Shown here in pieces: positions 10,206 through 26,354 of a DNA stretch of 48,237 nt. This stretch comes from an uncultured Limnohabitans sp. GTDB lineage: Bacteria > Pseudomonadota > Gammaproteobacteria > Burkholderiales > Burkholderiaceae_C. Both the position numbers and the translations under genes were made by a program. The stretch spans positions 1 to 48,237 of the forward strand of contig CAZPTM010000001.1 in assembly GCA_964589665.1 (NCBI GenBank), given 5' to 3'. The notes under the pieces are model-generated. The model was not told the DNA's origin. It worked only from the letters and a program-made list of their open reading frames with translations, and did no database searches. How positions within the stretch are numbered: position 1 is the stretch's first letter; every line of letters begins with the position of its first letter.

Positions 10206-11117
10206 ATGTTTGAGCGCTGGTATCCCGAACTCGATTGGGCGCAGTGGCGCGCCCATTGGCCGCTTGCTGAATATAGCCAGTGGGTGACCACCCCCCATAT
10301 GCGCTGGCATGTGCAACGCATGGGGCAAGGCCCCTTGATTCTCCTCTTGCACGGCACGGGGGCAACCACCCACACCTGGCGCGATGTAGCGCCCCGTCTG
10401 GCCCAAGACCACTCGCTGATGTGCGTGGACTTGCCCGGCCACGGTTTCAGCAGCCCCCTACATGGTCGCCCACCTACACCGCAACACGTCGCCTGGGAAT
10501 TGAATGCCTTGTTGACGCAAATGGGGTGTTTGCCTTCGGTGTGGGTGGGTCATTCAGCCGGGGCAGTGGTATCTGCCCTGTGGTGGCTCAACCATGGCGC
10601 GCGCGCAGCGGACGCGCCCCGGCCTGCGCTCGCAGTCATCAACCCGGCCTGGCAAACCCTGCCCGGACCGTCCCAATGGCTGTTCCCGCTGGGGGCCTGG
10701 CTGATTGACAAAAACCCCTTGTCGGGTTGGCTGCTCGCCCAACGCGCTGGTCAGGCGCAGGTGGTTGAGCGCTTGCTCGAACAAACCGGCTCACGCCTGC
10801 CGCCCGAGGCCGTGGCGCTATACCGGCGCATGCTGTGCGAGCCACGCCATGTGCGCGGTGTGCTGCAACTCATGCGAGCTTGGGACATGCGGTGTGTGCA
10901 GGACCGCTTCGAGGAACTCCGCTTGCCGGTGCAATTGCATGTGGGGCTCAAAGACGCCACCGTGCCGCCTCACCTGGCGCGGACGGCCTTGGCCCGATTG
11001 CCCGAGGCGAGCGAAGTGAGCTGGCCAGCATTGGGCCACCTCCTGCACGAGGAACAACCCGAGGCGTGGGTGAACATGCTGCGAAACTGGGCGGCGCAGC
11101 ACACCGCCCTCAGTTGA
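10206..11117 (+). CDS. bchO: Alpha/beta hydrolase BchO
   Basis: LLHGTGA, DLPGHG, GHSAG nucleophile elbow, LGHLLHEE; bchIDO synteny. Confidence 0.9.
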   Translation: MFERWYPELDWAQWRAHWPLAEYSQWVTTPHMRWHVQRMGQGPLILLLHGTGATTHTWRDVAPRLAQDHSLMCVDLPGHGFSSPLHGRPPTPQHVAWELNALLTQMGCLPSVWVGHSAGAVVSALWWLNHGARAADAPRPALAVINPAWQTLPGPSQWLFPLGAWLIDKNPLSGWLLAQRAGQAQVVERLLEQTGSRLPPEAVALYRRMLCEPRHVRGVLQLMRAWDMRCVQDRFEELRLPVQLHVGLKDATVPPHLARTALARLPEASEVSWPALGHLLHEEQPEAWVNMLRNWAAQHTALS

Positions 11118-11595
11118 AGGGACCGTTCAAGGCCACGTTGGCCTGGTTGAGCACACCCGCTGTCGTGACCCACACCAAATACGGCATATTGATCAAGGCC
11201 GCCACCCGCGACACCGGCCACAGGCCAACCACCAGGCTCACCACCGACAGCCACAAGCCCGCCCACTCCATGAGCGCCCAATCGGGTCGCTTAAGGGTGA
11301 AGAACAAGGCGCTCCAGGCCACATTGAGCACGGCATTGAGGCCAAAGAGCAGCAGCACGCGGCGGCGCTCGTAGGGGTATTCGCTGGCCTGCCAGGCCAT
11401 GGCTGCGCTCACCGCCGCCAGGGTGAAGATGAGCGTCCAGATGGGACCAAACGCCCAGTCGGGTGGCTTCCAGTCGGGTTGCTGGAGGGCGAAATACCAC
11501 GGTCCCAAATCGGTGAAGGCACCACCAATGCCAGCCGTGGCGAAGCTCAGCAACAAAGCCACGACCAAGGGTCGCCAACGCAACCAAGCGCTCAT
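11110..11595 (-). CDS. tspO: Tryptophan-rich sensory protein TspO
   Basis: WY..L..P.W.PP.W.FGPIWT, LN..WS.LFF, PYLVWV; hydrophobic, 161 aa. Confidence 0.93.
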   Translation of the reverse strand: MSAWLRWRPLVVALLLSFATAGIGGAFTDLGPWYFALQQPDWKPPDWAFGPIWTLIFTLAAVSAAMAWQASEYPYERRRVLLLFGLNAVLNVAWSALFFTLKRPDWALMEWAGLWLSVVSLVVGLWPVSRVAALINMPYLVWVTTAGVLNQANVALNGPFN

Positions 11596-12785
11596 ACTCT
11601 TGCCACACCAAAGAGATGCGCTAAATCCTTGAAAAAAATCTTCACGTGCGCCAGGGGTTTGGTTCGAACAAGTCGCTTATTCATGTAGGCATCGAACGTG
11701 ATTTGCTGCACATCGCGATCCTCACACATGGCGACAAAACGCTCACGCCGTTTGTCGTTGCGATACCAGAAGTGCTGCATGATGCCCAACACCCAAAACA
11801 CCTTGCCGTGCGCCTTCATAAAGCGCTTTCTTGCCTGGGCGAGCAAGGCCGGATTGTTCGCTTGCAAGCTGGCATGAGCAGCTTCTGCCACCATGCGCCC
11901 GCAGGCCATGGCGTAATAAATGCCTTCGCCGGAAGCGGGTGCAACTACCCCGGCTGCATCGCCAGCGAGCACCACATCGCGACCGTTGTCCCAGCGGGGT
12001 AAGGGCTTTAAGGGAATGGGTGCACCCTCACGGCGCAAAACGGTGGCCCGGGTTAAACCTGCAACCTCTCTTAAGTTCGCCACCCCGGTGCGCAAGGAAA
12101 AGCCCTTATCGGCACTACCTGTGCCCACGCTCATGGTGTTGCCATGCGGAAAAATCCAACCATAAAAGTCAGGTGATACCAGGCCTTGGTAATAGACATC
12201 ACATCGATCAGGATCGTGACCACTCCAGTCCCGCTGGGTCTGCAAGATCTCGTGATAGGCAAAAACATACCGGGTACGCTCGGAGCCGGGCACAGCCTGA
12301 CGTGCAACCTCAGAGCGGGCGCCGTCTGCCCCAATCACGAGCCTGGCTCTGACCAGACAGTCGGTCTCTGCCCCATGCGCGCCCAACTCCGTGTAGCGCA
12401 CCTGAACCCTGCCTTGGGGATCCCACTCCAGCCGATCAAAGCGGCCCTTTGCACGAACGGCGCCGCACTGAGCTGCCCGCGCACGCAACCACTCGTCAAA
12501 TACGTCTCGGTCGACCATGCCTACAAAGCCATCGTCGATCGGGATGTCGACTTTCTTGTCGCGCGGAGAGACCATGCGCGCGCACCGAATCTTAGCGACC
12601 AAGAGGTGATCGGGAATATCAAAGTCTTGAATCAGTCGCGGCGGAATCGCGCCACCACAGGGCTTGGTGCGACCTTGCCGATCGAGTAACAAAACCCTCC
12701 AACCTTGTCGCACCAACTCATGTGCAGCGGATGAACCCGATGGGCCACCCCCCACCACCACCACGTCATAGGCTGGAATGTTCAT
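11592..12785 (-). CDS. bchP: Geranylgeranyl reductase
   Basis: VVGGGPSG FAD motif, KPCGGAIPP, SPDFYGWIFP, GDAAG.V.PASGEGIYYAM. Confidence 0.96.
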   Translation of the reverse strand: MNIPAYDVVVVGGGPSGSSAAHELVRQGWRVLLLDRQGRTKPCGGAIPPRLIQDFDIPDHLLVAKIRCARMVSPRDKKVDIPIDDGFVGMVDRDVFDEWLRARAAQCGAVRAKGRFDRLEWDPQGRVQVRYTELGAHGAETDCLVRARLVIGADGARSEVARQAVPGSERTRYVFAYHEILQTQRDWSGHDPDRCDVYYQGLVSPDFYGWIFPHGNTMSVGTGSADKGFSLRTGVANLREVAGLTRATVLRREGAPIPLKPLPRWDNGRDVVLAGDAAGVVAPASGEGIYYAMACGRMVAEAAHASLQANNPALLAQARKRFMKAHGKVFWVLGIMQHFWYRNDKRRERFVAMCEDRDVQQITFDAYMNKRLVRTKPLAHVKIFFKDLAHLFGVARV

Positions 12786-14157
12786 GACGAATCCTTTGAA
12801 TTGTTGTGTTCAGCGGAATGGTCTTTTCGAGCGGTGGCGTGTCCATCTGCCCCACTTGTACGGCCAGGCGCGTAGCCCACAAAAACAAAATGGTCTCAAC
12901 CAAAAAGACTGATGCATAGGACCAGGCCGGTGCCGTCAGTAACACGTGCGCCACATCGCTGAGCAAGGTGCCCAGCAGGTTGCCTAGGCCAAAGGCAATC
13001 GCTTGCGCCGCGCCCCACAAGCCCATGCGAATGCCCTGACTTTGTGCGCCAGAGGCGTTAGCCAGTCGCATCATGGTGGCGATCGCAGCAATCGAGAAGA
13101 TGCCATTGGCCACTCCCAGTGACAGCACATTGAGCTTGAGCGGCCAACTGGGTGCTTGCCAACTGGCGAAACTCAAGCCAGCCATGGCCAAAGCCGAGCC
13201 CACGCAACCGCACACCATCCAAATCTGGGTACTTCCCAACCGACCAGCGACCCAGCGGCTGCCAGCAAAGGCCACGAGCAACATGCCCATCAACACACCC
13301 GAATGGTGAACGCCAGACAACTGGGTACTTTGGCCAGGCGAGAAGTCAAACAGCGAACCAGCAAAGGGCTCAAGCACCAAGTCCTGAGTGCTGTAGGCCA
13401 ACATGGAGAGAAAAACAAATACTGTGAAGCACTTGGCCTGAGGCTCTTGCCAGACCAAACGCAAGGCCTCTCCGAAAGCATGACGGGTCATGGACGCGTC
13501 ATCGGATTTCCCTTGCTCAACCAGCGATGCTTCAATACCAGACCGATACGCCGGCTCTAAGCCCCATAAAGCCAAGGCTGCAATGACACAAATGAGAATA
13601 CCCAGACCTTGGGTCACCAACATGAGGCGCTCGGGTGAATAGGGGTCAATCAGTCGCCCAATGGTGAATGCCGTCAGGGCAAAACCCATGATCATCATCA
13701 CCCACACCGTGGTCGCAGCGGGCGCCCTTTGGCTTTGTGGCACGCGCTTGGCCATGAGGGCAAGCAAGGAAGTGCCGCAAGCGCTCACGCCCACGCCAAT
13801 CAGGACAAAACCCAAGGCACACACCGCAATGCCCAACGTGCGGTTCTGCGCCATTTCAATCGTGGCCCAAGTGGCCACATTTCCGCCTACAGCTAGGCAA
13901 ACCATGCCCATCATCATCCAAGGCGTACAGCGGCGCCCCTGGTCAGCACCAAAGCCTAGGCGAGGCCGGATCATTTGAACCAGGTAATGAAGAGCCACCA
14001 GCAATCCCGGGAGTAAAGCGGGCAGGGCTAACTCCACCACCATGATGCGGTTGAGGGTTGAGGTGGCCAGCACCACCATGGCACCAAGACAGGCCTGTAC
14101 CAAGCCCAAGCGGATCACATCAAGCCAACCAAAAGTTCGAATCATGTTTTGCATCAC
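12766..14157 (-). CDS. BCD/PucC-family MFS transporter (bacteriochlorophyll delivery)
   Basis: RLGLVQ..LG..VVL.TSTLNRIMVVEL.LPA.LPG, QDLVLEPF.G, MGLWGAAQA; between bchG and bchP. Confidence 0.9.
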   Translation of the reverse strand: MMQNMIRTFGWLDVIRLGLVQACLGAMVVLATSTLNRIMVVELALPALLPGLLVALHYLVQMIRPRLGFGADQGRRCTPWMMMGMVCLAVGGNVATWATIEMAQNRTLGIAVCALGFVLIGVGVSACGTSLLALMAKRVPQSQRAPAATTVWVMMIMGFALTAFTIGRLIDPYSPERLMLVTQGLGILICVIAALALWGLEPAYRSGIEASLVEQGKSDDASMTRHAFGEALRLVWQEPQAKCFTVFVFLSMLAYSTQDLVLEPFAGSLFDFSPGQSTQLSGVHHSGVLMGMLLVAFAGSRWVAGRLGSTQIWMVCGCVGSALAMAGLSFASWQAPSWPLKLNVLSLGVANGIFSIAAIATMMRLANASGAQSQGIRMGLWGAAQAIAFGLGNLLGTLLSDVAHVLLTAPAWSYASVFLVETILFLWATRLAVQVGQMDTPPLEKTIPLNTTIQRIRHEHSSL

Positions 14158-15044
14158 GGAACCCCATTAATCGACAAGTCCCTTAAAGCCCAGGCACTGA
14201 CCATCATGCCGCTCACATAAAGCGGCACGCTGAATGCACTCATGCGCAAAGCCCATTCAATCGGCGCCCCGACAAAGCGCGACATGAGCGGCAGTTGTGC
14301 AATCGTGAGTGCACACACTACCAGTGCATGCACGCTCATACCCCACTGAGCGAGCAAAACGCACACGACGGCTTGAGGCAAAACCATGAAAGCACATGCG
14401 GTAATGGATGCGCGGCGAACACCCAACATCACCGGCAACGAACGAATACCCACTTGGGTGTCGCCGGCGATGGACTTGAAATCGTTGAGGGTCATGATGC
14501 CGTGGGCTCCCAAGCTGTATAGCAAGGCGAGTGTGAGCGATTCTTGACCTGGAAAGACACCACCCAGCATCACCGCTGCACCGGTAATCCATGCCAAGCC
14601 TTCGTAACTCAAGGCGCACGCCGCATTGCCTAACCAACCGTTGGTCTTTAGGCGCAGGGGTGGTGCGCTGTATGCCCAGGCCAGCGCCAGACCCAGCAGG
14701 GTTGCCCCAAATCCCCATACACCCAATTGCCATGCCCAAAGCACCGACAAGCCTGTCCAGAAAACAGCGATGTACAAGCCCCAAAGACCGGGCATTCGAC
14801 CCGAGGGGATGGGGCGATTAGGTTCGTTAATGGCGTCGACATGGCGGTCAAACCAGTCGTTGACCGCCTGGCTGGTGGCGCACACCAGGGGGCCGGTGAG
14901 GATCAGACCCCAGAGCAGTAAACCCAGACGATCGCTCAAGCCCTGCCCAGATGCAACCACCCCACAAGCAAACGCCCACATGGGCGGGAACCAGGTGATG
15001 GGCTTGAGCAATTCGGCAACGGCGCGAAGGCTGGGGGGGCTCAT
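14154..15044 (-). CDS. bchG: Bacteriochlorophyll synthase
   Basis: LLKPITWFPPMW, NDWFDRHVDAINEP.RPIPSG, GIMTLNDFKS..GD. Confidence 0.97.
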   Translation of the reverse strand: MSPPSLRAVAELLKPITWFPPMWAFACGVVASGQGLSDRLGLLLWGLILTGPLVCATSQAVNDWFDRHVDAINEPNRPIPSGRMPGLWGLYIAVFWTGLSVLWAWQLGVWGFGATLLGLALAWAYSAPPLRLKTNGWLGNAACALSYEGLAWITGAAVMLGGVFPGQESLTLALLYSLGAHGIMTLNDFKSIAGDTQVGIRSLPVMLGVRRASITACAFMVLPQAVVCVLLAQWGMSVHALVVCALTIAQLPLMSRFVGAPIEWALRMSAFSVPLYVSGMMVSAWALRDLSINGVP

Positions 15045-15073
15045 GATCCATTATTGGATGGTTTCGCCCAAAG

Positions 15074-15091
15074 TGTCAATTATATGTGACA
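15074..15091. promoter_or_regulatory. PpsR operator TGTCAATTATATGTGACA upstream of bchG
   Basis: Exact TGT-N12-ACA in the ppsR-bchG gap; one arm reads TTGACA (-35) on the minus strand. Confidence 0.82.
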
Positions 15092-15092
15092 G

Positions 15093-16490
15093 TTAATTTT
15101 GTATATTCGAGTCGCCGTCTGAGACCATGCCAAAGCGACGCAGCTTCACGTACAGGCTCTGGCGGGACACGCCCAGCATTTCAGCCGCCGAGGCGCGGTT
15201 GTTTTGAGTCAGGGTCAGGGCAGACTGGATGCACTGGCGCTCGATCATGTCGATGGTTTCACCCACGATGTCTTTCATGGGCATGCGACCGACCAAGCTG
15301 GCGAGTTCGGCCACCGACCCATTCATCCCCACCGATGACGACGGGTTGGCGCTCTGACGTTGGCGCTCCATGTCGCGCACAAACAAGGCGTAGGGGGTAT
15401 CGCTTTGCGCTGACCCCAGGATCACCGCAGAAATTTCGACGGCCAGGGTGAGACCAGAGAGAGACAACAACTCGGTGGCAAAACCACGCACCGATTGCTG
15501 CTGACGCAAATGGGTGTTGAGCACGCCCCAGTCCACACCCGAGCGCTGCAACCACGCGTCCATGGACTGGCCTTTGAGTTGCGACACCGACATAGCGCCC
15601 ACCAGGCTGAGGAACTCCTCATTGGCACTGTGGATGCGCCCCTGGCGATCGGTGAGTACGATGCCAATGGGCGCCTTTTGCACCAGGGCATGGCCCTGGC
15701 TCTCGTCCACAGGCGTGGGCGCATCGCCGCGCACTTCCTGCCCATGCATGCGCAACAAAAACTGGGCACCGCCCTCATGCCGAAAAACGCAGGCCGTGAC
15801 GGTGCAATCCTGGCTCGCCCCTAGCATGCGCGAGCGGCACATCTCCATGCGCCCTGTGGCAAGGGTCATGCTGAGCGCGGCGCGCAACTCCTGTCGCCCC
15901 ACGCCCTCAAAGCAGTCGAACACCTCTCGCCCCACGAGTCGGCGCTGGTCTTTGAACACGGCTTGTGCGCTCAAGCTGGCATCGATCACGGTGAAGGAAT
16001 TGGCATCGACCATCAGCACCGGCTCACGGCTGGTATCGAGCAGCAAGCGGTAACGCGATTCCAGGTGGCGCAGGCGCACATAGTCGCGCTCCATGGCCTG
16101 CTGGGTTTCAACGAGTTGGCGCTGCACCTGGGCCACGGCCTCCAGGTCACGCCCCAATAAAAACACATGGCCTTGGTCGTCAAGCGACAAGGTCGTGTAT
16201 TGCATGGCGAAGTCATCGGCACCGGGTACCACGTGGTTGAGGTGACGCCATACGGGCTCGCCCGCTCCCTTGGCATCGGCCATCAATGCCTTGAGTTTGG
16301 GCAGGCTCTCGCTGGTGAGGGCATCGGCCAGGGGGCGACCCAGCCAGTCCTGACAGCCTAAAACCGTCAGTTCGGATTTACCCAGTGAGACGTCCACCAC
16401 CATCGCATTGGCATCCAAAACCAAAGCCAAGTCGCAAGTCCGTCCAATGAGACGGGCCAAAAACTCGTGCGTGAGGGGAGCTAACTTCAT
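15093..16490 (-). CDS. ppsR: Photopigment repressor PpsR/CrtJ
   Basis: PAS domains, Q-linker QQAMERDY..LR..E.RYR, C-terminal Fis-type HTH IERQCI..AL...NNRASAAEMLG.SRQSLYVKL with the conserved Cys. Confidence 0.96.
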   Translation of the reverse strand: MKLAPLTHEFLARLIGRTCDLALVLDANAMVVDVSLGKSELTVLGCQDWLGRPLADALTSESLPKLKALMADAKGAGEPVWRHLNHVVPGADDFAMQYTTLSLDDQGHVFLLGRDLEAVAQVQRQLVETQQAMERDYVRLRHLESRYRLLLDTSREPVLMVDANSFTVIDASLSAQAVFKDQRRLVGREVFDCFEGVGRQELRAALSMTLATGRMEMCRSRMLGASQDCTVTACVFRHEGGAQFLLRMHGQEVRGDAPTPVDESQGHALVQKAPIGIVLTDRQGRIHSANEEFLSLVGAMSVSQLKGQSMDAWLQRSGVDWGVLNTHLRQQQSVRGFATELLSLSGLTLAVEISAVILGSAQSDTPYALFVRDMERQRQSANPSSSVGMNGSVAELASLVGRMPMKDIVGETIDMIERQCIQSALTLTQNNRASAAEMLGVSRQSLYVKLRRFGMVSDGDSNIQN

Positions 16491-16591
16491 TTCTGGTGGG
16501 GTGGGAATGGCCGGTGCGTTAAATCATGTAGCCAGTATACGGAAGCCTTCACTTCAAGCTTAGTGTATCGCGCGCTTTTTCTGACAATTAC

Positions 16592-17533
16592 TTACGTCAA
16601 GGCGAACTGACTCACCACATGGGTCTTGGCCCAGTGAAGGGCATGCATCGCATCTTTGCCCAAGACATCGGCTTTCATGGGGACCAGACACTGAGCATTC
16701 ACACAGGCCATCGGTCCGCCCGCCATGATCTTCAAAGCCGGATTGGTGCTGGCCTCGCGCATCTGGCCCACCCACTGGGCGAGGGTGTCCAGTTGGCGAT
16801 CCGAGCTCACCGACATCGCCACCAGATCAATCCAGTTGCCACTGACCAGACCCGTGGCATCCTGGGCACACAAGGGCTGCGCGGCCAGCACGTACCAGCC
16901 ATCGCGACGGAAGAATTCGGCCAGCATGAAGCTGCCCATGGTGTGCTGGGCGCCGGGCTCGGGAAAGATCAGAACAGTGCCGCCATGATGGGCTTGGGCA
17001 TCAGACTGAAACTGGGGGCTGAAGTCATAGAGCAGGCGGTGCAGGCGAGCCGACACAATGGTGACGGCACCAAAGTCCAGGCAGTCCTCTGCCCAAGAGC
17101 GCCCCACGAGGCGCGCCGCCGCCGTGATGCCGTGCAAGTAAATGTCACTCAGGCTGTGGCCTTGGCGCATCCAACCTGTGATGCACTGGCGCGCACTGGC
17201 CTGATCGCGCAAGCAGGCCTGAACCAGCAACTCAAGCTGATCCAGGGGCAAGCTGCCCGTGATCAATTCGCTGGGGGGTGCACCTTGGAACAAAGGCATG
17301 ACGCGCACCGCACCGCCGGTTTGCGATAGACCGGCATGAAAGTCCGATGGCCTGCGATTCACTGCGTGTGCCTTTAACCTTTCACGACCCCAAAAGGGGT
17401 TCGTACAACTCGGCTCATCAGGTCGCCATGCGGCCCGTTTGCCCCTGAACGCCTGGTGACGTTGAGTTTCAGACCATTCCAGCACACTGATACCAGGGAA
17501 TACCCTTGTTTTGTCAATTATTTTGTTCGTCAA
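16592..17533 (-). CDS. ppaA: Cobalamin-binding antirepressor PpaA/AerR (start uncertain, probably downstream of the ORF-track TTG)
   Basis: IYL..I..AAR.VG..W..D..DF..VT, QHTMG, F.R.GW, GG motifs; between ppsR and bchF. Confidence 0.88.
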   Translation of the reverse strand: MTNKIIDKTRVFPGISVLEWSETQRHQAFRGKRAAWRPDEPSCTNPFWGRERLKAHAVNRRPSDFHAGLSQTGGAVRVMPLFQGAPPSELITGSLPLDQLELLVQACLRDQASARQCITGWMRQGHSLSDIYLHGITAAARLVGRSWAEDCLDFGAVTIVSARLHRLLYDFSPQFQSDAQAHHGGTVLIFPEPGAQHTMGSFMLAEFFRRDGWYVLAAQPLCAQDATGLVSGNWIDLVAMSVSSDRQLDTLAQWVGQMREASTNPALKIMAGGPMACVNAQCLVPMKADVLGKDAMHALHWAKTHVVSQFALT

Positions 17534-17568
17534 TTATTGTTGACACATGGGTGTGTGAGTCTTACAGT
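17528..17568 (+). promoter_or_regulatory. bchF promoter with 1-mismatch PpsR site CGTCAATTATTGTTGACA (17528-17545)
   Basis: TTGACA (17540-45), 17 bp, TACAGT (17563-68); GTCAATTATT also occurs at 17513-17522. Confidence 0.65.
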
Positions 17569-17605
17569 TGTTTACGCCATCCCCAAGGTGGTTGAAAGAC
17601 GCAAT

Positions 17606-18121
17606 GTGAACTCCCGCCCTGTCGTTCCGCTTTATACCTGTGAACAAAGGCTCAGACGCAACCAGTCGGGCTGGACCCTGGTCCAAGCTATTTTGGCGCC
17701 CCTGCAGTTCCTGGCCTTTCTGGTCAGTCTGTACCTGGTGTGTGACAGCCTGTTTGGTCAAGGCCGCGCCGACTGGGCTCAGGCCTCCGTGCTGGTCAAA
17801 ACGGGGTTGCTATACGCCATCATGATCACCGGCAGCATCTGGGAGAAGGTGGTATTCGATTGCTACCTGTTTGCCCCGCCCTTTTTCTGGGAAGACGTGG
17901 TGAGCATGGGCGTCATGGCCTTGCACACCCTGTACGTGGCGGCCTGGTGGCTGGAAGCCCTCAGCCCTGACCAACTCCTGTGGTTAGCCTTAGCGGCTTA
18001 TGCCTCCTATGTGATCAACGCCGCCCAGTTCCTCTACAAGTTCAAGCAAGCCCGCCTGCGTGAGCAAGACCAGGTTGCGCCCCTGCCTGCGAGCGACGCC
18101 GGCTTTCAAAGCACCCACTGA
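17606..18121 (+). CDS. bchF: 3-vinyl bacteriochlorophyllide hydratase (likely GTG start 17606)
   Basis: LYT.EQR.RR..S.WTLVQ.ILAPLQF, MITGSIWEKVVF..YLFA..FFWED, YVINAAQFL.K. Confidence 0.95.
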   Translation: MNSRPVVPLYTCEQRLRRNQSGWTLVQAILAPLQFLAFLVSLYLVCDSLFGQGRADWAQASVLVKTGLLYAIMITGSIWEKVVFDCYLFAPPFFWEDVVSMGVMALHTLYVAAWWLEALSPDQLLWLALAAYASYVINAAQFLYKFKQARLREQDQVAPLPASDAGFQSTH

Positions 18122-25649
<7,528 letters not shown>

Positions 25650-25650
<1 letters not shown>

Positions 25651-26354
25651 TGTGGCAGGCCACTTACGAACAGCGGCGTGAGGAAATCGCCGAATACTTT
25701 GACCGCACTGCGGCCAAGGCTTGGGCACGCCTGACGTCCAACGAACCGCTGGGGCGCATCCGCCAGACGGTGCGCGAAGGCCGAGATCAGATGCGTGAGG
25801 TGTTGTTGTCCTGGCTACCCGATGACCTGAATGGGCGACGCATCCTCGATGCAGGCTGCGGCACCGGTGCCCTGGCGCAAGAGGCCGCACGGCGCGGCGC
25901 CGAGGTGGTGGCCATTGACCTCTCGCCCACCCTGGTGCAACTGGCGAGGGAGAGGCTCATTCAGACCCACCCCGAATTGGCCCACCGCATCGAATTCGCC
26001 AGCGCCGACATGCTCGACCCGGCCTGGGGTGAATTCGATCACGTGGTCGCCATGGACTCGCTCATCCACTACCAGCGCCAAGACATCGTACGGGCCTTGC
26101 ATACCCTCAGTGCCCGTTGTCGCCACTCCATGGTCTTCACCATTGCTCCGCGCACGCCCTTGCTAGCCGCCATGCACCGTGTGGGGCGACTCTTCCCGCG
26201 TAGCGACCGCTCGCCCAGCCTTGAGCCCGTCGACCCTGAACGCCTGAACCTGGATCTGAAAAACGGCTTGCACAGTCCCGACTGGTATCACGCCCGCATG
26301 CAACGCGTCAACCGCGGCTTTTACATCTCGCAAGCCCTGGAGCTGCGCCGATGA
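25650..26354 (+). CDS. bchM: Mg-protoporphyrin IX O-methyltransferase
   Basis: YFDRTA...W.RLTS, LDAGCGTG, VAMDSLIHY, GFYISQA. Confidence 0.96.
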
